Below are positions 40,273 to 50,621 of a stretch of DNA of 64,000 nt, piece after piece. This DNA is from Clostridia bacterium. Lineage in GTDB: Bacteria; Bacillota; Clostridia; TANB77; CAG-465. The notes beneath the pieces were generated by a model. That model was not told the origin of the DNA and searched no databases. It saw only the letters and a list, made by a program, of their open reading frames with translations. A program made the position numbers and the translations under genes. Location of the stretch: positions 64,001 to 128,000 of the forward strand of contig JAZSNU010000020.1 in assembly GCA_045536565.1 (NCBI GenBank), read 5' to 3'. Position 1 is the first letter of the stretch. Each line of letters opens with the position of its first letter.

Positions 40273-42210
40273 ATGTGTGATAAAAAAGAAAAATATTATA
40301 TGACAACAGCAATAGCCTATACATCTAAAAAACCACATATAGGAAATACATATGAGGCAATTTTTGCAGATAGTATAGCAAGATATAAAAGGATGCAAGG
40401 ATATGATGTATACTTTATGACTGGAACAGATGAGCATGGTCAAAAGATACAACAACTAGCAGAAGAATCAAACATTTCACCTAAACAATATGTTGATAAT
40501 ATTGCAGGTGAAATAAAAGAAATATGGGATTTAGTAGGTACAAGTTATGATAAGTTTATAAGGACAACAGATGATTATCATGAAAAAACAGTACAAAAAA
40601 TATTCAAAAAATTATATGACCAAGGGGATATATATAAAGGATATTACGAAGGATGGTACTGCACACCATGTGAATCTTTCTTTACTGAAACACAACTTGT
40701 AGACGGAAAATGTCCAGATTGCGGAAGAGAAGTAAACCATTCAAAAGAAGAAGCATACTTCTTAAAATTAAGCAATTATCAAGATAGATTAATAAAACAT
40801 ATAGAAGAACATCCTGATTTTATTCAGCCAAAAGCAAGAGAAAAGGAAATAATCAACAACTTCATAAAACCAGGACTTCAAGATCTATGTGTATCTAGAT
40901 CATCTTTTACATGGGGAATACCAGTAGAATTTGATCCAAAACATGTGACATATGTATGGATTGATGCTTTATCTAACTATATAACTGGAATAGGTTATGA
41001 ACTAGATAAAAAAGGTGAGAAATACTTAAAATATTGGCCAGCTGACTTGCATATCATTGGTAAAGATATTTTAAGATTCCATATGATATATTGGCCAATA
41101 ATGCTTATGGCACTTGGTGAGCCACTGCCTAAGCATATATATGCTCATGGCTGGATGCTATTTGGTCAAGATAAAATGAGTAAATCAAGAGGAAATGTAA
41201 TATATGCTGATGATTTAGTAAAATTATTTGGCGTAGATGCGACAAGATTTTATTCATTAAGTGAAATGCCATTTGCACAAGATGGTTCAATCACATATGA
41301 AGCATTTATATCAAGATATAATTCAGAACTTGCTAATACATTAGGAAATTTAGTAAATAGAACAATAGCAATGTGTAATAAATATTTTGATGGTATAGTT
41401 CAAAATAAAAATGTGGCCGATGAAGTAGACCAAGATTTAATAAATGTAGCTTTAAATTCTGCTAAAAAGTATAATGAAAAAATGAACGAATTAAAAGTTC
41501 AAGAAGCAATTTCTGAAATATGGGAATTAGTTCGTAGAAGTAATAAATATATTGATGAAACAATGCCGTGGAGTTTAGCAAAAGACGAAACTAAAAAGGA
41601 CAGATTAAGTACGGTTCTATATAATCTTATTGAATCAATAAGAATGATTGCTGTAATGATAGCACCAATTATTCCAGGCACATCTGAAAAAATATTTGAA
41701 TATATAAATTCAAATGAAAAATCATTAGAAAGCATTAATGAATTTGGAATATATGTATCAGGAACAAAAGTGCAAACTGCTAAACCATTATTTGAAAGAA
41801 TAGATGAAAAGAAAAAAATGGAAGAAATAGAAGAATTAAATAAGAAAGAAGTGGAAACTGTGGAAAACACAAGCGAAGAAAAAGCAAATTTAATAACAAT
41901 TGATGAGTTAGATAAAGTAAAACTACAAGTAGGACAAATAAAAGAAGTAAATAGAGTAGAAGGTGCAAACAAGCTATATTGCTTATCTGTTGATATAGGA
42001 ACAGAGGTAAGAACAATAGTATCAGGATTAGTACCATACTACACAGAAGAAGAACTATTAAATAAAAAAATAGTTGTAGTAACTAACTTAAAACCTGCTA
42101 AATTAAGAGGTATAGAATCAAATGGAATGCTTTTAGCAGCAGGAGATGGAGATATTGTTAAATTACTTACAATAGACGGAGATGTAGAGTTAGGAGCAAA
42201 CATTCATTAA
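40273..42210 (+). CDS. metG: Methionyl-tRNA synthetase
   Basis: HIGN, GTDEHG, zinc knuckle, KMSKS, C-terminal tRNA-binding domain. Confidence 0.98.
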   Translation: MCDKKEKYYMTTAIAYTSKKPHIGNTYEAIFADSIARYKRMQGYDVYFMTGTDEHGQKIQQLAEESNISPKQYVDNIAGEIKEIWDLVGTSYDKFIRTTDDYHEKTVQKIFKKLYDQGDIYKGYYEGWYCTPCESFFTETQLVDGKCPDCGREVNHSKEEAYFLKLSNYQDRLIKHIEEHPDFIQPKAREKEIINNFIKPGLQDLCVSRSSFTWGIPVEFDPKHVTYVWIDALSNYITGIGYELDKKGEKYLKYWPADLHIIGKDILRFHMIYWPIMLMALGEPLPKHIYAHGWMLFGQDKMSKSRGNVIYADDLVKLFGVDATRFYSLSEMPFAQDGSITYEAFISRYNSELANTLGNLVNRTIAMCNKYFDGIVQNKNVADEVDQDLINVALNSAKKYNEKMNELKVQEAISEIWELVRRSNKYIDETMPWSLAKDETKKDRLSTVLYNLIESIRMIAVMIAPIIPGTSEKIFEYINSNEKSLESINEFGIYVSGTKVQTAKPLFERIDEKKKMEEIEELNKKEVETVENTSEEKANLITIDELDKVKLQVGQIKEVNRVEGANKLYCLSVDIGTEVRTIVSGLVPYYTEEELLNKKIVVVTNLKPAKLRGIESNGMLLAAGDGDIVKLLTIDGDVELGANIH

Positions 42211-42231
42211 TATATAGGAGAAAGTATAGTT

Positions 42232-42852
42232 ATGAAAAACAAAGTTGTAAGAGAAGTGTTAGACTGGATAATTTGTATAGTAATAGCATATGTCCTATAC
42301 TTAATAATTAACTACTTTTTTGGTACAATATCTGGTGTAAAACAATCTTCTATGTACCCTACTTGTAAGCAAGGGGATAAAGTATTAATAAGTAGAAGAG
42401 TTATTAAACCGAAAGAAATAAAAAGAGGACAAATTGTAACTCTTGAAGCACCAATTTTTGGAGCAGGACTTGAAATAAAAGATAATGTTGCGATATATCC
42501 TGAGTATCATGGAATGACAAACTTTGCGTATCATGTTATGGGTATAGGAAAGAAAAGTTATATAAAAAGAGTAGTGGCATTAGAAGGGGAACATATATAT
42601 ATATCAGAAGAGGGAAAGGTATATATAAATGATGAACTACTAAAAGAAAAATACATACAAGAAGATGTAAACACAATAAGAAGTGGTGAATTTTATGATT
42701 TAATAGTTCCAGAAGACTGTGTATTTGTAATGGGAGATAATAGAGAAGAAAGTGCAGATAGTAGAGCCTTTGGTTGTGTCCCAATAGAGAAGATAGAAGG
42801 TAATGTTAAATGCAGAATATGGCCGCTGAATAAAATAGGTAAAATTAAATAG
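42232..42852 (+). CDS. lepB: Signal peptidase I
   Basis: SMYPT, YIKRV, GDNREESADSR. Confidence 0.95.
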   Translation: MKNKVVREVLDWIICIVIAYVLYLIINYFFGTISGVKQSSMYPTCKQGDKVLISRRVIKPKEIKRGQIVTLEAPIFGAGLEIKDNVAIYPEYHGMTNFAYHVMGIGKKSYIKRVVALEGEHIYISEEGKVYINDELLKEKYIQEDVNTIRSGEFYDLIVPEDCVFVMGDNREESADSRAFGCVPIEKIEGNVKCRIWPLNKIGKIK

Positions 42853-42861
42853 GAGATAAGA

Positions 42862-43692
42862 ATGTTTGATAGTGCTATTGGACATAACGGTCCAAAAGAA
42901 ATGTTATTAAATGATATTGAGAAAAATAAGGTTTCTCACGCATATGCTTTTGTAGGTCCAAAAGGTATAGGAAAAAAATTACTATCTGATGAATTTGCAA
43001 AACAATTGTTGAATACAGACAACTTAAATATAGCAGTTGATTATAAATATATAAAGAAATTAGATGGTAAAAAGAATATACTTATTGAGCAAATAAGAAA
43101 AGAATTAGTTGATGATGTGTATATTTCACCAGCTGCGAGTAGACACAAAGTATATATAATAGATGATGCAGATGATTTAAATACTGAATCACAAAATGCA
43201 CTTTTAAAAACATTAGAAGAACCACCTTCATATGTTTGTATTATATTAATAACAGAAAACATTCAAAACTTCTTACCTACTGTTATATCAAGGGTAAAAC
43301 AAATTAAATTTGATAAATTATCTAATGAAGAAATAACAGACTATTGCACAAAAAATAATATGGAAAATGTTTTTACAGAAAATATGTTAAAATATATTGA
43401 TGGTTCAATAGGAAAACTTGTTAATTTAAAAGAAGAAAGTGAAATGAATATATTTTATGAGGCTGAAAAAATTGTAAAATGTATTAAAGAAAAAAAAGAA
43501 TTAGAAATAATTAAAATATTAGATAAAATAAGTTTAAAAAGTACTAATATATTAGATTATTTACAATACTTGTTATATATTAATCAGTTATATCCGCCTA
43601 TGTTTGAAATAGAAAATGCAAGAAAAAAATTAAAATATAACGGGAATGAAGATGTTGTAAAAACAATGTTTGTTATAAATAGTTGCAATTGA
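42862..43692 (+). CDS. holB: DNA polymerase III delta' subunit (short)
   Basis: SHAYAFVGPKGIGK, SQNALLKTLEEPP, LPTVISR; upstream of PSP1/yaaT. Confidence 0.88.
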   Translation: MFDSAIGHNGPKEMLLNDIEKNKVSHAYAFVGPKGIGKKLLSDEFAKQLLNTDNLNIAVDYKYIKKLDGKKNILIEQIRKELVDDVYISPAASRHKVYIIDDADDLNTESQNALLKTLEEPPSYVCIILITENIQNFLPTVISRVKQIKFDKLSNEEITDYCTKNNMENVFTENMLKYIDGSIGKLVNLKEESEMNIFYEAEKIVKCIKEKKELEIIKILDKISLKSTNILDYLQYLLYINQLYPPMFEIENARKKLKYNGNEDVVKTMFVINSCN

Positions 43693-43707
43693 AAGGAGGA
43701 AGACTAG

Positions 43708-44586
43708 ATGGAAAAGAAAAAAGAAGATTTAATCTTAGGAGTTAGATTTCAAAAGACAGGAACTCTTCATTATATGGATCCTTTAACATATGGATTTAGA
43801 ATAGGAGATTTAGTTATTGCTAATTCTAAAAGAGGTACTGAGATAGGACGAGTAGTTAGTATTAAAAATAGAAATGAATTAGATAAAAATATTGAAATTG
43901 AGAAAATTATAAAACCTGCCACTAAATATGATGTTGAAAAGCAAAAAGAACATGAAAAAAATGCCAAAGATGCAGTGTTAAAATGTAAAAAAATAGCAAA
44001 TGAACTTGAACTTAACATGAAGGTTATACATGCCGAATATACTTTTGATGGCAGCAAATTAATATTCTATTTTGCATCAGAAGATAGAGTTGATTTTAGA
44101 GAATTAGTAAAAAGACTAGCAGCAGAATATAAATTAAGGATTGAACTAAGACAGGTAGGACCAAGAGATGAAATAAAAATGTACCCTAATCTTGGAATGT
44201 GTGGCAAGGAAGTTTGTTGTAGGACATTTTTACCAGATTTTGAATCAGTAACAATAAAGATGGCAAAAGAGCAAGGTTTGCAAATAAATATGTCAAAGAT
44301 ATCAGGTGCGTGTGGTAGACTTATGTGTTGCTTAAAATATGAACAAGATGCTTACAAAGAAAACATGAAAGATTTACCAAAGCATAATGAAATGGTTAAA
44401 TATAACGATGAAGATGCAAAGGTAATAGGACTTGATATATTAAATAAAAAAGTAAGACTAAAAATAGGAATAGGCGAAGATGAAAAGTTTGAAACTGTTG
44501 ATTACACTGAAATAGAAAGAGTAAAAAAGAATAATAACAGTGATAAAAAACAAGAGAAACAAGGTAAAGAGGAACGTGGTGAATAA
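43708..44586 (+). CDS. yaaT: PSP1 domain protein (YaaT/RicT)
   Basis: RVDFRELVK, RIELRQVGPRDE, CGKEVCC, KISGACGRLMCCL. Confidence 0.93.
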   Translation: MEKKKEDLILGVRFQKTGTLHYMDPLTYGFRIGDLVIANSKRGTEIGRVVSIKNRNELDKNIEIEKIIKPATKYDVEKQKEHEKNAKDAVLKCKKIANELELNMKVIHAEYTFDGSKLIFYFASEDRVDFRELVKRLAAEYKLRIELRQVGPRDEIKMYPNLGMCGKEVCCRTFLPDFESVTIKMAKEQGLQINMSKISGACGRLMCCLKYEQDAYKENMKDLPKHNEMVKYNDEDAKVIGLDILNKKVRLKIGIGEDEKFETVDYTEIERVKKNNNSDKKQEKQGKEERGE

Positions 44587-44587
44587 A

Positions 44588-44758
44588 ATGGCATACAGAA
44601 TAAGTGAAGAATGTATATCATGTGGAGCATGTGCTAACGAATGTCCAGCAGGAGCAATAAAAAGTGGTGATGATAGATATGTAGTAGATGCAGAAAAATG
44701 CATATCATGTGGAGCATGTGCTGGTATTTGCCCAGTAGGAGCACCAGAAGAAGAGTAA
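44588..44758 (+). CDS. 2[4Fe-4S] ferredoxin
   Basis: Two CISCGAC...CP motifs, 56 aa. Confidence 0.95.
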   Translation: MAYRISEECISCGACANECPAGAIKSGDDRYVVDAEKCISCGACAGICPVGAPEEE

Positions 44759-44770
44759 AAATATATATTA

Positions 44771-44799
44771 AAAAGAGTGCTTAAAACAAGCACTTTTTC
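44771..44799 (+). terminator. Terminator after ferredoxin
   Basis: agtgctt/aagcact stem plus T tract. Confidence 0.7.
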
Positions 44800-44863
44800 T
44801 TTACAAAAAATAAATTATATGATAGCATATATATATATATACAAAAGAAAAGAGGTGAAATAT

Positions 44864-45538
44864 ATGGAAAAAAAGTATAACATAGTACTAGGACTTATGA
44901 TATTTTTCTTTATAATAATTGTCGGAATAACTATTGCATGGGGATTAGGATATATTGGAGTTAATAAAAATAGTACTGTAATAGATAATAGTAATCCTTC
45001 AACATCAAAGAGTGATACAATTGTTAATGAAGGAGTAATAGAAAACAGTGATAAAAAAGAAAATGAACAAATAATAAAAGAGACAGTTAAAGAAGTCACA
45101 GTAGCCAAAATGTTAGAGTTTGATTATACTAAATCTAAAAATGTAGATGATAATCAAAATTATAATGGTGCTATATCAAAGGTATATTATGATGGTGAAA
45201 AAGAGTTTACATTATTAATATATTCTGATGGAAGTGCAAAAATTAGTGTTATATTAGATGAAGGACCAATAGAATATCCAATAAATAATTTAAAAGGAAA
45301 AGTAAAAGATGGAATAATAGGAAGTTATACTCAAGGAATTGAAAAAGCCTATTTATTATTAGAGGATGGTACAGTCCAAAGTATATCTGATTTTTCAATG
45401 TTTAAACAAGTAGGATTTACAGCAGATAAAGTTATAGAAGGTGTAAAAGACATTGTTAGACTAGAAACAATAGTAAATGTAGGTGGAAAGAGATTACCAA
45501 TAGCTATTGATAATAATGGATACTATTATGCAATATAA
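44864..45538 (+). CDS. Membrane-anchored hypothetical surface protein
   Basis: GAGGTG SD, N-terminal TM, low-complexity linker, beta-rich C-terminus. Confidence 0.75.
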   Translation: MEKKYNIVLGLMIFFFIIIVGITIAWGLGYIGVNKNSTVIDNSNPSTSKSDTIVNEGVIENSDKKENEQIIKETVKEVTVAKMLEFDYTKSKNVDDNQNYNGAISKVYYDGEKEFTLLIYSDGSAKISVILDEGPIEYPINNLKGKVKDGIIGSYTQGIEKAYLLLEDGTVQSISDFSMFKQVGFTADKVIEGVKDIVRLETIVNVGGKRLPIAIDNNGYYYAI

Positions 45539-45609
45539 TAATATTATATAACAAAACAAAGCGGAGAATTATTTCTCCGCTTCTTTATATACTTTATTTA
45601 CAATCCCTA

Positions 45610-48243
45610 TTAGTTTTTAGGAAACTTAATAGCTGCTTGTGCTGCTGCTAAGCGAGCAATAGGAACTCTAAATGGTGAACATGAAACATATGTTAATCCT
45701 GCTTTATGACAGAATTCGATAGATGATGGATCTCCACCATGTTCTCCACATATTCCAAGTTTTATATCAGGTCTAGTTTGTCTACCTAATTTAGCTGCCA
45801 TTTCAACTAATTTACCAACACCATTTTGGTCTAGTCTTGCGAATGGGTCTTGTTCATAAATTTTCTTGTCATAATAGTAATTTAAGAATTTACCAGCATC
45901 GTCACGGCTAAATCCAAATGTCATTTGTGTTAAGTCGTTAGTTCCAAATGAGAAGAACTCAGCTTCCTCGGCTATTTCGTCAGCAGTTACTGCTGCTCTT
46001 GGTATTTCAATCATTGTTCCTACTTTATAGTGCATGTCTTTTCCGCTTGCTTTTATTATTTCGTCAGCAGTTGTTGTAACTATTGATTTAACATAAGCAA
46101 GTTCTTTAACTTCACCAACTAATGGAATCATTATTTCAGGAACAATATTCCATTCAGGATGTCTATCCATAACATTTAATGCAGCCTCAATAACTGCTCT
46201 TGTTTGCATTTCTGCAATTTCAGGATAAGAAACAGCTAATCTACATCCTCTATGTCCCATCATTGGGTTAAATTCATGAAGAGAAGCAATAACATTTCTT
46301 AATTCTTGTGCAGTTATATTTAGTTCTCCTGCAATTTCAATAATATCTTTTTCCTCAGTAGGTAAGAACTCATGAAGAGGTGGATCTAAGTAACGAATAG
46401 TTACTGATTTACCTTCCATTGCTTCATATAAACCTTCAAAATCACCTCTTTGCATTGGTAATAATTTATCTAAAGCTTTTCTTCTTTGTTCTTCTGTTTT
46501 AGCAACAATCATTTCTCTCATTGCTTTAATTCTATCTGCTTCAAAGAACATGTGCTCAGTACGGCAAAGACCGATACCTTCTGCTCCGAATTTAGCTGCT
46601 TGTTTAGCATCTCTTGGAGAGTCAGCGTTTGTTCTTATTTGTAATGTTCTGAATTCATCAGCCCATCCCATTATTGTTCCGAAGTTTCCAGAAATAGAAG
46701 CTTCAACGGTTGGTATTGCTTCACCATAAATGTTACCAGTTGTACCATCAAGAGAAATATAATCACCTTCGTGAATTTCTTTTCCACCTAATGTAAATAC
46801 TTTGGCTTCTTCATCTATAACGATATCTCCACAACCAGATACACAGCAAGTACCCATACCACGAGCAACAACTGCTGCGTGAGATGTCATACCACCTCTA
46901 ACTGTTAAGATACCTTGAGCTGCGTTCATTCCTTCAATATCTTCTGGAGAAGTTTCAAGTCTAACAAGAACTACTTTTTCTCCTTTTTCAGCCCATACGA
47001 TAGCATCTTCTGCTGTAAACACTACTTTACCACAAGCAGCACCAGGTGATGCTGGAAGTGCTGAACCGATTGGAGTAGCTGCTTTTAAAGCTGCTGCGTC
47101 GAATGCAGGGTGTAATACAGCATCTAGGCTCTTAGCATCAATCATAGCAACTGCTTCTTCTTTGCTTATCATACCTTCATTAACAAGATCAACAGCTATT
47201 TGAAGTGCAGCGGCTGCTGTTCTTTTACCATTTCTAGTTTGTAACATGTATAATTTACCATTTTCAATTGTAAATTCCATATCTTGCATATCTCTGTAAT
47301 GGTTTTCTAGTTTTTTGCATATTTCAACAAATTGATCATATGCAGCAGGCATAACTTCTTTTAATTGATCTATTTTTTGTGGTGTTCTAATACCAGCAAC
47401 AACATCTTCACCTTGTGCATTCATTAAGAATTCACCGTAAAGTTTAGCTTCACCAGTAGATGGGTTACGAGTAAATGCAACACCAGTACCAGATGTTTCA
47501 CCCATGTTACCAAATACCATCATTTGAACATTGACAGCAGTTCCCCAAGAAGAAGGAATATCGTTCATTCTTCTGTAGTATATAGCTCTAGGATTATCCC
47601 AAGATCTAAATACTGCTTTAACAGCTTCTAATAATTGTGTTTTTGGTTCAGATGGGAAATCTTCTCCTTTTTGCTCTTTATAGAAAGCCTTAAACTGAGA
47701 TATTAACTCTTTTAAATCTTCAGAAGTTAATTCTGTATCTAGTTTAACACCTCTTTTTTCTTTTAATTCATCAATTAATCTTTCAAAATTGCTCTTTGGA
47801 AGTTCCATAACAACATCAGAGAACATTTGAATGAAACGACGATATGAATCGTAAGCAAAACGAGGGTTACCTGTAAGATTTGCAAAACCTTCAACAACTT
47901 CATCGTTTAAACCTAGATTTAATATTGTATCCATCATACCAGGCATAGACGCTCTAGCACCAGAACGAACAGATACTAGTAAAGGATTGTTTACATTTCC
48001 AAATTCTTTACCAGAAATTTCTTCTAATTTTTTCAAACTAGCAAAAATTTCATCTACGATTTCAGGAGCGATTTCCTTATTGTCATCGTAGTAACGCGTA
48101 CAAGCCTCAGTTGAAACAGTAAATCCTTGTGGAACTGGCATACCTAAGTTAGTCATTTCGGCTAGGTTAGCACCTTTTCCGCCAAGAAGCTCTCTTTGTT
48201 TACCGTTACCTTCTGAGAACATATATACATATTTTGTGCTCAT
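45610..48243 (-). CDS. ppdK: Pyruvate phosphate dikinase
   Basis: LLGGKGANL, GGMTSHAAVVAR, GIGLCRTEHMF, FSFGTNDLTQ, GICGEHGGDP. Confidence 0.99.
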   Translation of the reverse strand: MSTKYVYMFSEGNGKQRELLGGKGANLAEMTNLGMPVPQGFTVSTEACTRYYDDNKEIAPEIVDEIFASLKKLEEISGKEFGNVNNPLLVSVRSGARASMPGMMDTILNLGLNDEVVEGFANLTGNPRFAYDSYRRFIQMFSDVVMELPKSNFERLIDELKEKRGVKLDTELTSEDLKELISQFKAFYKEQKGEDFPSEPKTQLLEAVKAVFRSWDNPRAIYYRRMNDIPSSWGTAVNVQMMVFGNMGETSGTGVAFTRNPSTGEAKLYGEFLMNAQGEDVVAGIRTPQKIDQLKEVMPAAYDQFVEICKKLENHYRDMQDMEFTIENGKLYMLQTRNGKRTAAAALQIAVDLVNEGMISKEEAVAMIDAKSLDAVLHPAFDAAALKAATPIGSALPASPGAACGKVVFTAEDAIVWAEKGEKVVLVRLETSPEDIEGMNAAQGILTVRGGMTSHAAVVARGMGTCCVSGCGDIVIDEEAKVFTLGGKEIHEGDYISLDGTTGNIYGEAIPTVEASISGNFGTIMGWADEFRTLQIRTNADSPRDAKQAAKFGAEGIGLCRTEHMFFEADRIKAMREMIVAKTEEQRRKALDKLLPMQRGDFEGLYEAMEGKSVTIRYLDPPLHEFLPTEEKDIIEIAGELNITAQELRNVIASLHEFNPMMGHRGCRLAVSYPEIAEMQTRAVIEAALNVMDRHPEWNIVPEIMIPLVGEVKELAYVKSIVTTTADEIIKASGKDMHYKVGTMIEIPRAAVTADEIAEEAEFFSFGTNDLTQMTFGFSRDDAGKFLNYYYDKKIYEQDPFARLDQNGVGKLVEMAAKLGRQTRPDIKLGICGEHGGDPSSIEFCHKAGLTYVSCSPFRVPIARLAAAQAAIKFPKN

Positions 48244-48437
48244 TGACACGACCTCCTTAAATTAGTTTAGTATATTTACACTTGCTTAAACTAATTCTAT
48301 GTGAAAATTCAAGCAAATATATTTTTAACATATGAATTATATCAAAAGATATACGAAAATGCTACTATTTATTGGAAAATAATTAAAAATATTATACATA
48401 AAAATTAACTAGGGAATATTTTCCCTAGTTAAAATGA

Positions 48438-48647
48438 TTATTTTGCTTCTTCTGTTGTTTTTGTGGTAGTGTCATTTTTGGTTAATGTTGAGGTTGTATG
48501 CGTAAAGCAATCACAATCTAAAAAATCACATTCGACATCTAACGCTTTTTTTAATTCCACATATTTTTGGTAACCCATTACTCCAAGTGTAACAACACCA
48601 AGGAGTGAAGTTCCTACCAAAAATAATTTACCTATTTTTTTTGCCAT
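48438..48647 (-). CDS. Small membrane-anchored protein
   Basis: AAGGAGG SD, TTGACA-17-TATACT promoter, terminator 48405-48432. Confidence 0.7.
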   Translation of the reverse strand: MAKKIGKLFLVGTSLLGVVTLGVMGYQKYVELKKALDVECDFLDCDCFTHTTSTLTKNDTTTKTTEEAK

Positions 48648-48822
48648 GTTAAATTCCTCCTTAAAATATTAAGTTTGTTTGGTTAAGTATAATAGTTATA
48701 CACTTTTAAAAATTTTCTACTATATTAGTATACCAGAAAAACAATAATATGTCAACTAAACATAGAGAAAGTAAAGTAACCAGGACAAACATATAAGAAT
48801 ATACTACACTAGGTGATGAAAA

Positions 48823-49158
48823 ATGGAATTGTTATTAGAAGTAATAATATATTTACTGGTGGTTTTAGGCTTAATAACAGTCTGCTTTACTTTTTTTAAT
48901 AAGTTTAAATTGCTAGACTTAATTGTGTCAAATGAAATAGTGCAAAGTGAAGAAAAAACAGGGAAACATAAATATTTTAGGGTAAAAAATCAAAATGCAA
49001 AAGTAATAATGAATGTACGATATAAAAATATTACAGTGGAGGAGTTAGAAAAAATAAAAGAGAGTATAGAAATTGCAAACTATACCAATATATTAGATAT
49101 AGTTGATGAAATAAATTACATAGAAAGTGCTCAAAAAAAAGTTAAGAAAAAAAGATAG
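48823..49158 (+). CDS. Membrane-anchored hypothetical protein
   Basis: AGGTGA SD, N-terminal TM, downstream hairpin. Confidence 0.65.
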   Translation: MELLLEVIIYLLVVLGLITVCFTFFNKFKLLDLIVSNEIVQSEEKTGKHKYFRVKNQNAKVIMNVRYKNITVEELEKIKESIEIANYTNILDIVDEINYIESAQKKVKKKR

Positions 49159-49266
49159 TATAGAAGAGGATGATGTATACAAGGCATTGTCTTCTTTTTA
49201 ATTTAATTTTGCCAATAAGTTTGACTTTTGTTTTTAATAAGTATAGAATATATTAGAGGTGGAAAT

Positions 49267-49872
49267 ATGTTTGCGTATTTAAAGGGTAAAGCAGTAAATG
49301 TCAAAAGGGATAAAGTAGTATTAGATGTAAATAATGTAGGGTATTTAGTAAACATTCCAGAGGGCGATTCTGAGAAAATTATTGCGGCAGGTGATGTTCA
49401 CATAATGCTTAATATATATACAGATATTAAAGAAAATGATATAAGTTTATATGGCTTTTTAGATGCAGAATCATTAAGTGTATTTGAAAAATTAATAAAG
49501 GTAAGTGGTGTAGGAAGCAAAATGGCAAGAAATATATTATCGTTTATGACACCGCAGGAAATATGTATTGCTATTGCAAATGAAGATTTTGGTTTGATAA
49601 CGAAAATACCTGGACTTGGTCAAAAAACAGCAGCTAGAATTATATTAGAGTTAAAAGATAAAATACTTAAAGAGGACATGCCTTCTATTTCATCTAGTAA
49701 GACTAAGATTAAGACTAAGACAAATACTAATGAAAATGAAGCAATACTTGCACTTAAAGTCTTAGGATATTCTCAGCAACAAATTGTTGAAGAGTTAAAA
49801 GAAATAGATACCGAAGATCTGAAAGTAGAAGAAATAATCAAAAAAGTGTTATTTAATCTAAACAGAAAATAG
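49267..49872 (+). CDS. ruvA: Holliday junction DNA-binding protein RuvA
   Basis: MFAYLKG, VNNVGY, LYGF, VSGVG, IPGLGQKTAARIILELKDK, ALKVLGY. Confidence 0.96.
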   Translation: MFAYLKGKAVNVKRDKVVLDVNNVGYLVNIPEGDSEKIIAAGDVHIMLNIYTDIKENDISLYGFLDAESLSVFEKLIKVSGVGSKMARNILSFMTPQEICIAIANEDFGLITKIPGLGQKTAARIILELKDKILKEDMPSISSSKTKIKTKTNTNENEAILALKVLGYSQQQIVEELKEIDTEDLKVEEIIKKVLFNLNRK

Positions 49873-49893
49873 AGGAATTAATTGGATTAGATT

Positions 49894-49912
49894 TAGCATA
49901 TTTAATATGCTA
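49894..49912. promoter_or_regulatory. Perfect palindrome in ftsE promoter (candidate operator)
   Basis: tagcatatt-t-aatatgcta overlapping TGn-TATACT. Confidence 0.45.
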
Positions 49913-49941
49913 TACTATATAAATACAAAAGGAGTTAATAT

Positions 49942-50619
49942 ATGATTGAATTTAAAGGAGTAACAAAAAAATATGATCATGGTGTAACAGCCCTTGATAA
50001 TATTAATTTGAAAATTGAAAAGGGAGAATTTGTTTTTTTAGTTGGACCATCAGGATCTGGTAAATCTACATTTTTAAAATTAGTTATAAAAGAAGAAGAT
50101 CCAACAGAAGGAATTATTAATATAAATTCGAGGGATTTGGGAAAACTAAAAGATAGTGATATTCCATATTTAAGAAGAAAAATAGGATTTGTATTCCAAG
50201 ATTTTAGACTGTTATATGATAAAACAGTAGAAGAAAATATTGTATTTGCTTTAAGGGTAATTGAAGCGTCTGAAAGAGAGATAAAAACGCAACTTTCTAG
50301 TGTATTAAAACAAGTTGGTTTAGAAGGAAAAGAAAACAGTTATCCTAATCAATTATCTGGTGGGGAACAACAAAGAGTAGCGCTAGCAAGAGCATTAGCG
50401 ACAAGACCTCCAATAATTATAGCGGACGAGCCAACTGGTAACTTAGATGCAAATACTGCAAAAGGAATAATGGATACACTTTATGAAATAAACAAAAACG
50501 GAACTACAATAGTTGTAGTAACACACGACCAAAATATAATTAAAAATGCAAACAAAAGAGTTATTGGCTTAGAAAAAGGCAAGATAGTTATGGATAACAA
50601 AATAGGAGGTGTTGAATAA
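49942..50619 (+). CDS. ftsE: Cell division ABC ATPase FtsE
   Basis: GPSGSGKS, IPYLRRKIGFVFQDFRLL, LSGGEQQR, ADEPTGNLD. Confidence 0.96.
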   Translation: MIEFKGVTKKYDHGVTALDNINLKIEKGEFVFLVGPSGSGKSTFLKLVIKEEDPTEGIININSRDLGKLKDSDIPYLRRKIGFVFQDFRLLYDKTVEENIVFALRVIEASEREIKTQLSSVLKQVGLEGKENSYPNQLSGGEQQRVALARALATRPPIIIADEPTGNLDANTAKGIMDTLYEINKNGTTIVVVTHDQNIIKNANKRVIGLEKGKIVMDNKIGGVE

Positions 50620-50621
50620 TT

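Noticed and set aside
44615-44722. 21-nt exact direct repeat (atatcatgtggagcatgtgct)
   Set aside because: Explained by the well-known internal duplication of clostridial ferredoxins plus codon bias.
44827-44841. (AT)7 microsatellite upstream of a surface protein as a phase-variation switch
   Set aside because: It is short, lies downstream of the likely -10 rather than in the spacer, and is expected in AT-rich DNA.
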